Notes under the pieces: generated by a model | Database searches by the model: none | The model's input: the letters and a program-made list of their open reading frames with translations, nothing else | Told to the model about the DNA's origin: nothing | Origin: Octopus sinensis | Taxonomy: Eukaryota | DNA: 64,000 bases | Assembly (NCBI RefSeq): GCF_006345805.1 | Contig: NC_042997.1 | Span: 68,882,001-68,946,000, forward strand | Reading direction: 5' to 3' | Position numbers and translations under genes: made by a program | In this document: positions 40,101-53,154 of the stretch, piece by piece | Layout of the letters: every line of letters begins with the position of its first letter | Numbering within the stretch: the first letter of the stretch is position 1

Positions 40101-41191
40101 TGTACCAAATATCTATGTGTATGGTAAACGACTTGATGTAGTTGATCAGTTTGTCTACCTGGGAAGCACTATTAATAGATATAGCAATTTGGATGATGAA
40201 ATTCCATATAATTAGGAAAGTAAGTGTTGCTTTCGGAAGGCTAGAAAAGCGCCTCTGGAGTCGGCGAGACATATGCAGAAAGACAAAGATAAAGGTGTAC
40301 AAGGCATGTGTGCTCCCTTCTCTTCTCTATGCCTGCGAGACGTGGGTCACATATCGATACCACCTTAAACTACTGGAACGTTTCCATCAGATGTGTCTCA
40401 GACGGATCTATGGCATTAAGTTGAAGGACCGCATCAGTAATCTTGAAATATTGGAAGGCTCTCGGTGTGAAAGCTCTTGTGTTAAAGCAAAGGCTCAGAT
40501 GGAGTGGTCATCTGGTCAGGATGAAGGATTCAAGGATGCCAAAACAACTCTTTTATGGAGAGTTAGCTAAAGGAGAACGACCTCCACATAAACCAAAAAA
40601 GAGGTATAAGGACTTGCTGAAGGCTTCCTTAAGAGATTCTTGCATCTCTCCTGACACATGGGAAGGCATAGCTATTGATCGTAGCAGGTGGAGAAGGATT
40701 GTGCACGAGGGGACAACCACTTTTGAGAAACCTCGAGTTGCTCATGAGAAAGTAAGGAGGGATGTCAGGAAGGGCATCGCTAATGCACTTCCTGATGGGA
40801 AGGGCCTTCCTATGATGTTGACATGCAGTGTCTGTGCAAGACCCTGCCTCAGTAAAGCTGGACTAAAGAGCCATCTTCGTAGTCATAAAGCGAGACAGAT
40901 GAGTGACAACCTGGCCTCTGCTGGTGGTGTTAGACACCATACTAATCATATCTGTCGGGCATGTGGAAGAGAGTGTAATTCGGCAGGAGGACTTAAAAGA
41001 CATGCAAGGGAACATGAAGCCCAGTTACAAATACAGCCGGCTATTACCGGTAAAGGTTTTAGTTGCCGATTCTGTACAAAACATTGTAGATCTTTAGCTG
41101 GGCTAAAAAAGTCACATTCGATCACAGCACCAGTAACAGTTAAGCTTCGTGCAATGGCCATACTCGATAACGAGGGGGCAGCCATCATCAT
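37200..41191 (+). mobile_element. Full-length RTE-clade LINE, inactivated
   Basis: About 500-bp 5' UTR, APE endonuclease, RT, zinc fingers, short 3' UTR ending GCCATCATCAT. Confidence 0.93.
37700..41136 (+). pseudogene. RTE polyprotein (APE endonuclease, RT, 3x C2H2), frameshifted
   Basis: GCWNV, SETR, SVYAPT, LGDFNARVG, LDYILV, TDH; SPGMDGI, NYRGVSLL, QSGFR, DLTKTFD, GVKQGDILAP, LYADD, FVYLGS; three CxxC..HxxxH fingers. Confidence 0.92.
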
Positions 41192-41327
41192 GTATATATA
41201 TATATATATATATATATATGAACATAGGATATACATTAAGAGTTGTGCCAAGTAAGCACTACGATAAAGTATATAACTTATCCAACCAAATAAATTATGC
41301 ATAAATGTTTGTGGGTGGACGTGGGCG

Positions 41328-41384
<57 letters not shown>

Positions 41385-42899
41385 TGTGTGTTTGTATGTG
41401 TATGTATGTGTGTGGTTATGTATCATTATAGATGGATTACGTACTTTATCTCATCATTTCTTTATCACGCCTATCTTGTACTTTTTAATATGTCCTATTT
41501 CGAAATATAATACGTTTCGTCGCTTAATCACATTATCTTTGATACGCTGAATAATTAGTAATTGAGGCACTATTTTTAATCATTAGATGTTGTTAGACAA
41601 GACACTAATTTACCTAATTTTCATTCGCCATTTTGAATGCTATGCATATCAGTTCACACTTCGTGCACATAACCTCAGGTGCGGTTGTGTTTAGGAAGCA
41701 TTTGTTTGTGTGTATGCTCGTACGTGCAGTTCATAGGAATCCTCTGTGTACATCTTGATTTATGTATACGCCCACAGAGTTGCAGACACACACAGGCGCG
41801 CGCACGAACGCATACATCTATATACAAGATATTGTATATTAATGCATCTCTTCTTTGAAGAACCGTCTTCATCAGATTACAGTACTGCGTATCTGATATG
41901 CTTCTAGGGATATGTGGTACACTGGTTTTCGTAAAGTAGTTTAATAACTGTACGGACAAAAGATAATGTCTACAACACCTGGAGGTGGTCGTCCCGTCTG
42001 TGGCATGTGGCACTTTATTTAATCAATGCAAAGCCTACCAGACTACCAACAGTATACACACTGAATGTACCAGCGTGAAAAAAGAAAAAGCCACAAAACT
42101 GCAACATCTCTGCACATGCATCCAAGGATCTTGAATAAATGATATTAAAAACACGTAAGAAACGTTTAAAACATTTTGAATCGCAATAGTAGCTTGAATG
42201 AGTAAGGCTTCTATACAAGCAGATTACATGAGAGTTGATTTTTAAAATCACGATAACCAATGCAATTGTTTACCATGAGCGAGGTATTTTCTACCATAGG
42301 AAAAACCACCCCACAAACGACTCAAATTATATCCGACCATCCTTAAAGAAAGAACTAAACATTTGGATAAATTGACTCTGGTTCTCTGCTCGTAAATAAA
42401 AGATGAATTCCTCCCATATTGTTTTAGACAAATATGATTTATGCCGCCTATATTTGATAGCGTGAGTAATTACATATTCTGCCAGAAAAGGATGAAACTT
42501 GGCATAGTAATCCTAACCACACCAAGTATTTACTATTATGAAAAGAGCTAAGGATTGTCTTCTTTTTGTGTCTAATATCGAGAAACTAAAAGCTTCATAT
42601 TATTAGAAACAAATATAAGCAAAAAGAGGATTGCACTGTCTGCACTTGAAGTGTATTTATATTATCTCGAGAGACGATCTTTAGTTTAAAAGATTTTTGA
42701 AATAAAGTACCTACTTTGATTTCCAGACTACATCCGTGTATTAATTCTAGTGTGAAGACATCTGTATCTCTATATATATTACACTATTATGGTAATACGA
42801 TTAAAAAAATAGACATCTTTAGTCATTATCTGAATCGAAAGCTGGCTGTTTGATCGAACTATTTCTTATTGATCCAAATGATTGTTTGAACAAACTGGC

Positions 42900-44200
42900 A
42901 GGTAGCTTTCATTTTCACTGATGGTCATGTAAACAGTATACCCTTTCTTGAAGAAAAGGACTGATTTTGGCTGTCAGATACTCAAAGGACGTTAACAAGT
43001 ATTGTACCGCACAGATTTGAAGAACTGTGAGGAAAAAGGTATCAGAGAAATACACACAATGTTAAACTCTCGATCAGTTCTACTTGATAACGAGGACTTT
43101 GCTTTGGATGGGGTCATGTCAAATTGAAAAGAAATAGGTTGTGCCCCTGAAGGATTCCTGTCGTTTTTGGTGACTCTTTAGTTAGAGCTTTGGCCAATGC
43201 TTGATTTTGTATATGGGGACACTTTTCGTATAGGACATGATGGCTTTGACAGTTTCATCTGAATACCATAGTTCAATATTTTATCCAAATACGAGTCATA
43301 TCTTTCGCCCTGAGCTTCTGTTATTAAGTGCAAGAATCAGAGATGATACCGAGCTTCATTTGCGGAAGCCACTTTTGTTCCGTCTAATGACGGGGTCAGT
43401 GTGAAGGGAAATTTTATCAAGAAGCATATTTTTTGACGCTAGTAGCAAGAGTGTTCTCCCTCTTCAATACTGAGATTATGAGGAACACTTTTCTGAAAAG
43501 TTGTTGGTTTATTTATATCATAAATCTTGTTTAGAAGTCGAACCAATATTCGTGGAGGAGTGGACTCTTTCAGATGATTGAGCGAATGCGATATGTCCCT
43601 AGTGTACCACTAATTGTCAGTCTTATGAGGAATGGATTGGTCATTACGAGCAGGCTGTCTGCTATTTTGTGGTGAACTACTGAGTCGTCGATAAGTCTAG
43701 TTTCGCGTAGCTCTTAGTTGCCACGTAGTAATCTAAAGTGCTAAAAACATGCATCTAGACATTGGAGTTTTTCCGTAGAATGTAGACGGCTTGAGAAGCA
43801 CCCTCAGAGCTTCCCAGGCAAGGTCTCGATTGTTCTCGACGTGGAGGTTACTAGGTTCTTCAGTTTTGAAGCGACCTCTTGTACACAGAACATGTCAATA
43901 TTCTTAGTGAAAATCGATTGATGCTTCTGGGCTGCTTGCTTAATATCTTCTCTAACACTTTGTTACCCACCTCGAAGTAGAGGTTACTATCTTCTTTGAA
44001 AGATACTAACTTCATGTGCAGGCTATCTTCTCTTCCTTAAAAGCAATTCCGGTACTATGTTTCGGTTGCCTTGGTTAGAGTGTCACATACAGTACTGCTA
44101 TTCTCATAACCAAACAAATGTAAACTTGCATAAGTCAGCAATCTCTGTCACTTTACTCCAATCGATTAATTTCAACGATGGTTTCAACTGAAGTAGGTCG
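42900..44200 (-). mobile_element. Very decayed RTE-like RT fragment
   Basis: Minus strand gives RRNKSGFR-like, ILNYGI and GILQG-like motifs. Confidence 0.5.
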
Positions 44201-45308
44201 ATGATTTTAAGTACCCTAGGTCATATATTGCTGACAGTAAGAAAGACTTCCTTACATTCAAGGGAGTAGCTTTTGGTGTTTGTAACGGCTACCACAACAT
44301 CTAGTGATCGCGTATTTCAAACTTAACAGAGCCTACTTCTTTCAGGGCACATAAAGAAAGCATTACTTTGTATGAAACCAAACCTTGGACAATGATGAAT
44401 TATCTTCAAGGTCGCATTCATGATACATACACAGAATTCTGTATATGGTTCAGAAATATCTCATGACGTGAAGAAAAAACGAAAGAGAAAATTTATGGCT
44501 TCACCCATGCCATTATATAAATGGTCTATTAAAACTTTTGTTCTAACACAATATTTTAGGTTTAATTTTTTTTCAATGCAATTACAATATGTCTTTCTTT
44601 TTCGATTGATTATGTCTAAACTGCGGTTCTCTAATTGTTACCTCTCTAACCCTTCTAGCTTTATTTTTTCTGCTCACCCTGTTGACAGCAATTGTGATTC
44701 AGTCTCGATTTTATTTTCTTCCAGTAGTTCTTCTTTATTCATTACCTAAAAAAAAATGTAAAGCAAACCACATCACTCCTTAGTAGCGGCTAGTTGCAAC
44801 AGAACAATATTATATCATTATCTGCTTGATCTACTGTAAGAGATATATTGCTTCAAATATAAAGAATTTTAAGTGAAAAAATAGCACTGACCGAAAGAGA
44901 AATTAGCCTCAGAGTAGAAGCAAAGCGGCGTGTAGGCATGACGAATTATTTTCGGTACTGATGAAATATCTTTCACTGCACACGAATTCATCAAACTCAA
45001 ATAAAAATGTTAAGAATTTGACATAGTTTCTAAGAAATGAAAATTAAATATATAGTGCAAAGGCCAAGCCCTCCTTCTGCATATTACAGTGTGAAAAAAT
45101 ATAAAGAGGTATTATAGTAAACTATGTATTAAATAAAATATTTGATTTCTAGAAACACACTGCATTCGCACAAACACACTTCATTGAAGAAATATATCAG
45201 AGGCAAATGAAATTAAATTTATTGCTGAAGTTCAAATTCAAACACCGTCGATTTTTTCTTCTTTTTTTTTCTTTTAGCCATGTTCATTGAAATGTTTTGT
45301 TCGTGATG

Positions 45309-47929
45309 CAGAATGGAGCAGACAGGACGGACGTTTTGAAAAATTCACAAAATCATTAATTTTAGCTGCAAACAACTTTTATTGACATCAATGTGTTTGT
45401 ATTGAATTAGCATTTGACAAACTCAGGTGTGAAAAACAACGTCCATCATGTGGTGTTCGTTTTCATTGATGCATTTCTGAAGGTGTTCTTGGAAGTTGGT
45501 TTCCTTTTCTCTCCAGCATTGCTCTGTCGATTTGGGCAACTTCCATGTGAATAGCTTCCTTCAAATCGTCCATGCGTATACACACATGCCTTGAGGTTTC
45601 CTCACAATAAATAATCACACATGAACAAAACAGGGTACGGAGGAGGCCAACGAATATCAGTGAACTTGGAAATGAGACGGTCACCAAAGGGAGGACGAAG
45701 AACGTCCATTGATGCTCTGACAGTGTAAGCCGTCACATCATCCTGCTGAAACCACACACGCCGAATAGGCATACGTTTTCATCTTAATTCAGGCACAAAT
45801 AAGTTGTTTATCATCTCGATGTACGAGGGACGTTCAATAAGTAATGCCCATGACCCACTTGTAATAGTTTGATCTAGCTGAAATTTTGCATGTGCACTTA
45901 TTTATATCTCTATAGATTAAGTGGTAAATTACAGCTCTGAACTAATTGTGGTTTCTGATTTACAGATTTTTGAACTGAGTCAAGTGTGAAATAGAGCCTG
46001 TTGAGTGTCGAGCAGTGATCCGCTTTTTGTATTTGAAAGGACGCACACCACGGGAGACTTTTGGTGAAATGAAAGTAACTTATGGTGATGATGCCCCATC
46101 ATATGACCTTGTAAAACGCTGGCATCGTGAATTCAAACATGGTCGGAACTCTGTGGAAACAGCTCCCAGATCTGGTCGCCCCCACTTCTGCCATTGATGA
46201 GGCATCTGTCCGTCAAGTTGAGGCTGCCATTTTGGAAGACCGACGCATAACTATTCGCCAAATAGCCCATGAGGTCAAGATTAGTACCGGGTCTGTGGAA
46301 ACTATCATTCATGACCATTTGCATATGCAAAAGGTGTCTGCCAGATGGATTCCCAGGTTGCTCACACCTTTCCAGAAGCAAGAACGCGTCGAGTGCTCGA
46401 GGATGAATTTGGAGATGTGCCAAGAAGATGAGTCAATATGTTTCAAAAGACTGATTACACAGGATGAAACCTGGGTCCATCACTATGATCCATAGACCAA
46501 AGCCCAGTCAATGCAGTGGAAGTACCGTGACTCACCTCATCCAAATAGGCAAGGGTGCAGCCCTCTGCTGGCAAGGTCATGCTCACAGTCTTCTGGGACC
46601 AGGACGGAGTAGTGATGACAGATTTCCTGACAAAGGGTACCACAATTATAGGAGCATATTATGCTTCACTTTTGAAGAAGTTAAGAGAAGCTATCAAAAT
46701 CAAGAGGCGAGGCAAGATCACCAAAGTCATCCTCCTCCTGCAGGACAACGCTCCGGTCCACAACTCGCGTGTCGCCAGATCAGAAGCACAGGCGTGCGGC
46801 TATGAAATCCTCCCCCATCCCCCTACTCTCCTGACCTTGCACCCTCTGATTTTCATCTCTTCCCAGCCATGAAGTTGTTTTTGAAAGGAAAGCGTTTCCC
46901 AGATGATACAGCCTTGTTTTCTGAAGTCACTTCGTGGTTGGGGGACCAAGCTGGGGTCTTCTACAAAAACGGTCTCCAGAGCTGCATTAAACGATGGGAG
47001 AAATGCGTAACTCTGGGTGGTTCCTATGTAGAAAAAGACTAATAACTGTGCCAAGTCTCGTTGCTCTACTCCTATGGGAAGTGTGTCAGGGACATTACTT
47101 ATTGAACGCCCCTCGTAACGTTCGGAGTTCAGAGTAACAGCATTTCCGTTATTATCATAAAAAAAGTAAGGATCAATGACGGCAGCTTTTCCAAAAGCAC
47201 ATCAGACCGTCACTTTTGGGCCGTACAGTGGTCTTTCGTGCAGTTCTCTCGGATTTTCAAGAGCCCAGCAATGACAGTTCTCTTGATTCACCATGCCATT
47301 GGGATGAAAATGAGCTTCATCACTCATCAACAAATTGAGGTTGTCATTTGTCTCAAAAATTGCTCCAATTTACGTGCGAACTTAAGAAACTTTGTATAGC
47401 CCCATGGTTTCAACTTTTGTCCAATGACTAATTTGTAGAGACGGAAATGCAGGTCTTCATGCAAAATTCGCCTTACCGGTTGATTACCGATGCCAAGTTC
47501 AGTAGAATGTCTCCGAGCAGAGCGACTCGGACTCCGTATCAAAGCTTGTCTGACGCGTTCTACATTTTCCAGGGCCCGTACCGTTCGTGTCACCCCCACC
47601 TGTCTCGTATTCATTAGTGTACCACGTGTACGGAGTGCATTCACCAAATGCAAGGTTGTGTTACGGGCGGAAACAGCCTGATTGCAGTGAATGTTGAAGT
47701 GGGGCCGAAACTCACGCTGAACTGCTGTGACGGACATGTTATTCTTTACGTAAGTGTCGTAGGCAAACACGCGAGGGTCTATTGTCCACAGCGCCATGGC
47801 TTCACCTGAAAAGAAATGAAAATGCTAAGGCACCTCGAACCGAATGATACCTGTTGCACACATGTTCCTCCCCCTGGAGCTGAGTAACAGACTTTTCAAA
47901 AACGTCTGTCCTCTCTGCCCCATCCCGTG
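45309..47929 (-). mobile_element. DD41D (rosa/Visitor-type) Tc1/mariner-superfamily element interrupted by a mariner
   Basis: TIRs of about 30 bp (..GGGGCAGAGAGGACAGACGTTTTTGAAAA). ATG at 47797, SDEAHF, WFQQD then 41 residues to D, WPPPYP (decayed WPPRSPD). Confidence 0.9.
45824..47115 (+). mobile_element. Mariner (irritans-like), full-length defective copy 2 (1292 bp)
   Basis: TA TSD at 45822-45823 and 47116-47117. TIRs as in copy 1. Start codon mutated to ATA. TQDETWVHHYDP, SAGKVMLTVFWD, QDNAPVH. Confidence 0.95.
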
Positions 47930-48329
47930 TATTGCTTAATTGCAAAGTATCTGTTTTGTCTCTGATGTATTGCTTAATTGCAAAGTAAAAGCTGCATAAA
48001 ATGTTATTTACCTATTTAAAACACCCGATTATATTTAATGCGGATGCTTAACAATAGGGTGCCTAAAATGTCTTTGTCATAATCTCATTTCTTGAACAGT
48101 CGTAATTATGAATAAAATACTAATTAAACTCAAATTTCAAATAGATTAGTCAGCTTCCAACAACCACAAAGCCTGAACATTTGCCATCGAATATCGTTTC
48201 ATTAATGCAGTTGGTTTAGTTTCTCGCGTATTGAACCTAGGAAGCAAGTTCTCCAATTATTCTACCAATCCTAAACACCCAGATGTTTAAAATGCTTCTA
48301 GGTGATGTAGTATCATAGAGATGGAGCAT

Positions 48330-48520
48330 TTATCGAATTACAAAGTTGTAATTGCTTGTTAATAAATAGTTAGCATAGGGTTCTTGAAAATATAGGCCCT
48401 GTGGGATGCACCAAGATTGTCACCTGGCTTGTTCTTGTCCCTTGAGAACGTTCCAAAGTATTCAATCGTTACTGATGTGAAAATAATCTGCATGCGTCTC
48501 TCACTGTTACCTTTTGTTTC
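48330..48520 (-). mobile_element. Possible decayed R4 C-terminal fragment
   Basis: VTIEYFGTFSRD resembles the VIIGALGT motif. Confidence 0.3.
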
Positions 48521-49289
48521 GATAATAAGCTTTTATTGTGAGGTGCCCATTCCAAAGGGTGCACAATAGACAAACAACAGAAAAACAACAGACACTCTCA
48601 AACATGCGTACGCCAATTTTTGATAGTCTTTCATAATCTTCCCTCTGCGCATTAACCACCTAGACGATGTCACTTCTATGTAGGTGACAGAATTTTCAAA
48701 TCAGCCTTCTCTGTAACGAAACGAAACCTTTTACAACATATATACAATGCTTCGATGAGCGATGAATTTTTGAGTATCTTTCAATTGGAATATAACAACC
48801 TAATCTCTTTCAGTAGTTCTAAAGCACGCAACTACTACACACACATACACACACATACACACACACACACACCATGCAGACGCACAAACACGCACACGCG
48901 CACAAACACATACATACACAAGCACACACACACATACACAAACACACGCAAACTCAAACACAAACGCAAATACACAGACGCACGCACAGACACAAGCACG
49001 CATGCACACACATATAAGAAGGCATACATGCACACGCACGCACGCGCGCACACTCACACACACACGCACTCACACACGCACACACACGCACACACGTACT
49101 TATACGTACATACACCGTCACACGGTTTTGTACAGGAGCATACTTGGTAATTGGTGACAATTAATTGAATTTAATGTTAAGTTTGTCAACCTTGTTTTGA
49201 AATCGTATATTCAAAGACCTAGTGATATTGGTGTGGAAATTGAACTAGCATTAAGAGATTTCTGGCAAACAGTGTTATCCAAAGGAAAG

Positions 49290-49430
49290 GCAAAGGCCGA
49301 TACAGCTTGGTAGCGTGGCGTCGGACCTCATTTCTACAGCTGAGTGAACTGGAGGAACGTGAAAAAAAGTGTCTTGCTCAAGAACACAACATGCAGCCCG
49401 ATCCAGGATTCGAACTCACAACCTCACGAT
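49290..49430 (-). mobile_element. Second tRNA-SINE family, head truncated by the CORE-SINE
   Basis: GAGTTCGAATCC B-box, then GTGTTCTTGAGCAAGACACT. Confidence 0.65.
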
Positions 49431-49794
49431 AGGCGCAGGAGTGGCTGTGTGGTAAGTAGCTTGCTAACCAACTACATGGTTCCGGGTTCAGTCCCACTGC
49501 GTGGTATTTCTGCTATAGCCTCAGGCCGACCAATGCCTTGTGAGTGGATTTGGTAGACGGAAACTGAAAGAAGCCTGTCGTATATATGTATATATATGTG
49601 TATGTGTGTGTGTTTGTGTGTCTGTGTTTGTCCCCCTAGCATTGCTTGACAACCGATGCTGGTGTGTTTACGCCGCCGTCACTTAGCGGTTCGGCAAAAG
49701 AGACCGATAGAAGAAGTCTCGGGGTCGATTTGCTCGACTAAAGGCGGTGCTCCAGGATGGCCGCAGTCAAATGGCTGAAACAAGTAAAAGAGTA
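49431..49794 (+). mobile_element. CORE-type SINE with a short deletion in the CORE segment
   Basis: AGGCGCAGGAGTGGCTGTGTGGTAAG head. GCGTGG joins directly to TATTTCT. Complete tail. Confidence 0.88.
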
Positions 49795-50020
49795 TTTATG
49801 TATATTGCAAAAACAGTAAGATAACAAAAGAAAGAAAGAGACACCGGTCATTTTTCATACCGTTTTTCCGATGGCCGGAGAACTGAAGATGGTGGTGTGG
49901 ATTTCCACCTCGGCATCCGAAACTCGGAGTTTTATCTTGGCTACCGAATAATTGTCACATATATTTATATATATGTATATATATATATACATGTTTGTGT
50001 GTGTTTGTGTCCATATGTGT

Positions 50021-50300
50021 GAAGGTGCATGGCCCAGCGGTCAGATTGTTGCACTCACGATCCCGAGACCATGGTTTCGATTCGCAGACCGGACGGTGAG
50101 CTGTGTTCTTGAACAGAGCACTTAATTTCGCGTTGCATTGCGATCATTTCGACATCTGACATGAGGCACACTAATGCACCTGCACAGACAATGTCGAATC
50201 GATGAAGGGAGTGAGCTAATGTAAACACAAACATTTGATCATTATAAACAAAACACCTGTGTGGTTTTTCAACAAGAAATTGCGGAACGCTCCTCCGAAG
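50021..50300 (+). mobile_element. tRNA-derived SINE (other family)
   Basis: GAAGGTGCATGGCCCAGCGGTCAG A-box and GGTTTCGATTC B-box. A related head lies at 61903. Confidence 0.6.
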
Positions 50301-50324
50301 TTTAACGATGGGGAAGTTTATTTG

Positions 50325-50378
<54 letters not shown>

Positions 50379-50387
50379 ATATATATA

Positions 50388-50475
<88 letters not shown>

Positions 50476-50639
50476 TTCTTTGTATGATTATATATATATA
50501 TATACATATAAGTTTGTATGTATACATATATGGGGAGTGAGAGAGAGAATTTAACAAGTAATGCAGATATTGAGGAAGAGGAAATTATGCCCAGACATGA
50601 GTGTCTGCGCCCGCCAAAGATATTGGGCGAGTCATAAAT

Positions 50640-51044
50640 CACATGATACCATTTTTCATTCGGTCTGGATGAATGTTCTGAAGCAGTAATTGTATTCCTT
50701 GTCTACATACGATATGTTTATTGGCTCCGTTTCAAGAACATCGTTCGACGTCATCATAATCATCATCATTACCAGCATCATAACGAAGGTGGTGATTAAC
50801 ACCATCATCCTCGTGAGCACTATCAACACAACCACCACATCCACGCCACCAAGAACAACAGCAACAAAGCTTCTGCCATCACCAGCATCAGCACCACCAC
50901 CACTAGCACCGTCATCATCGTCATCGTCGTCGCCGACATCAACAAAAGTTCGAGTAGCAGGAGTAGCAGCAAGAGCAAAAAACTCGTCTTTTTGAATGAT
51001 GATGATGATGATGACAATGATTATAATGAAGATGATGATCATTA

Positions 51045-51080
<36 letters not shown>

Positions 51081-51200
51081 TCATCATCATCATCATCATC
51101 ATCATCTCTATCATCATCTCTATCATCATCACTATCATCATCATCACCACCATTATCATCATCACCACCATTATCATCAACTATACACGTTATACACCAT
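50640..51200. repeat. ATC/GTC/ACC trinucleotide mosaic
   Basis: Direct reading. Confidence 0.85.
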
Positions 51201-51524
51201 CATCACTCAGCCCACCTTAACCCCGTCGCCACAATTCCACGAAAACACGATCAACATGATCGTCATTAGTCTCAATACACAAACCAGAATAATCATTTTA
51301 TGCAACTACAAATATACATACAAAGCAACAAGTAAATTAAGAAGAAAATTCATTGTAGCCATAAGTTTTTTCTCACACCAGATCTTTTAGCGTACTTTAT
51401 AACAACTTTTTTAGTGTGGGAGGCGGCATTTATAGACAGTAGAGTGTGTCTGTCTGTATGTATGTATTATGTTTTTACTTCGTATGTATGTGTGAATATA
51501 TGTATATATATATATATACTATAT

Positions 51525-51587
<63 letters not shown>

Positions 51588-51592
<5 letters not shown>

Positions 51593-51867
51593 AATCAAGG
51601 AACGGCCATAATAGGCCATTCACCCACTAGAAATAACAGCCAAAGCTTCAACTGCAAAATAACATTAATTCCGTAAACCAGGAGAAAATTAAAAAACATT
51701 TACCCTGTAATTTCTTATACGATGCACCGTTTCATCTACTGTTTAATGGTAAACTAACCTGATTAAATTAAATCAAGCCAACGGAATTAATGTTATTTTG
51801 CGGTTGAAGCTTTGGCTGTTATTTCTAGTGGGTGAATGGCCTATTATGGCCGTTCCTTGATTGTGAT
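51588..51867. repeat. 280-bp foldback with 87-bp inverted repeats
   Basis: 51588-51674 is the reverse complement of 51781-51867 with one mismatch. Confidence 0.92.
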
Positions 51868-51963
51868 GTTGAACTTAAAAATGGTCTATGACTATTTAAT
51901 TTTTTCCCACTAGGCCGCTGGTGGCAAAAAAATTCTAAAAAAATTTTTGCCACCCTATATTGA

Positions 51964-52020
<57 letters not shown>

Positions 52021-53154
52021 AATCTATCTATCTACCAATCTATATATTGGTGAAGCACTAAATATGCTTGACCCAACAAAATGTTGGGTGGAGCTCAAAC
52101 GAACCTTGACTGTAATTCTGTAACCTCGTCGAACATTAAAAATATCGAATTTTTCAATTTTTAAGTTTTCATTGACTTTCTTCAACTTGGTTAAAATTGC
52201 ATATGCTTCATGTAGAAATATTCATTGTATTATAACCTTTATTGTCACATAAGTTTTATAGCATGATAATTAATAATTATAATAATAATAATAAAAAAAT
52301 CTTTTTATCATTATTTACTCAAGAATTTCATATTCACATTTCGCTCGGCTCTCTATTTTACTCTCACTTACCCTCTCCCAGTCTTCTTCCTCCTACTGTT
52401 GTAACTTCCTCTCTCTCTTACTCTTTGTGAACAGAGGGAAGTGCATGTGTTCTTATGTGAGACAATGTGATTGCTCGACCTGTTAGAAATAGCAGATAAA
52501 TTGCCCTCAAATCACTTCCTATTGTCAGTTAGAAAAGACACATTTGATGATGTATTTCTGGATGTACTGTATCAGAAATACAGAATGGCTGTTCAAGCTG
52601 AAGCATCTTTGATCGTAGGTCTGCTAGCTCAGGAGTGGTCTGGGGCTAAATAATCAGATATATTTTCTCTACAAAGTAACATATATATTTATGTAACATA
52701 CGTATATTGTACTAAAATTAAACGAAGGTATTGGTCAAGCTCTAAACGAACTTCTCCCAGAAAATTATTGGGTCGAGCTCAAATGAGCCTTGACTATAAT
52801 TCCGTAACCTTGCCGCGCATTCTGACGAATGAAAAACTATTTGTGATACTAAAGTCACTTCTTATAATGCCAGTTTTCTTCCAAAATGATGAACGTTGTT
52901 TATTCATTTATTTTGAAAAAAAATTAACTGAAATGAAATAACAGAATTAAATGATAATTATGAAATAAAAAAATTAAATCAGTGATGGCACTTATCCCAT
53001 TAAAAACAACAATCACCTCACCGTGGTATGGAGGTGAACCAGAAATTGCGCTAACGATGTTGATGTGGCGGACGCCCCCAGGCAAGAAGTGGGCTGGTCC
53101 ACTGCTGATAAATGGTGGACTGTCACAGTCTGTAGGGTGGGTCGGTCGGCGAAG

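Noticed and set aside
42320-42480. Minus-strand acceptor followed by about 50 open codons
   Set aside because: Phase is incompatible with the 44678-44745 candidate, the donor is weak, and no homology is recognisable.
47929-47987. 21-bp direct repeat GTATTGCTTAATTGCAAAGTA next to the DD41D TIR
   Set aside because: A small local duplication that is not a TSD of any element; no further structure.
50656-51390. Long Met/Ile/His/Asp-rich ORFs on both strands
   Set aside because: A trinucleotide mosaic that stays open by composition alone.
53131-53150. Resemblance to a 28S rRNA segment (GGGCTGGGTCGGTCGG, from memory)
   Set aside because: About 20 bp only, and the flanks do not match rRNA.
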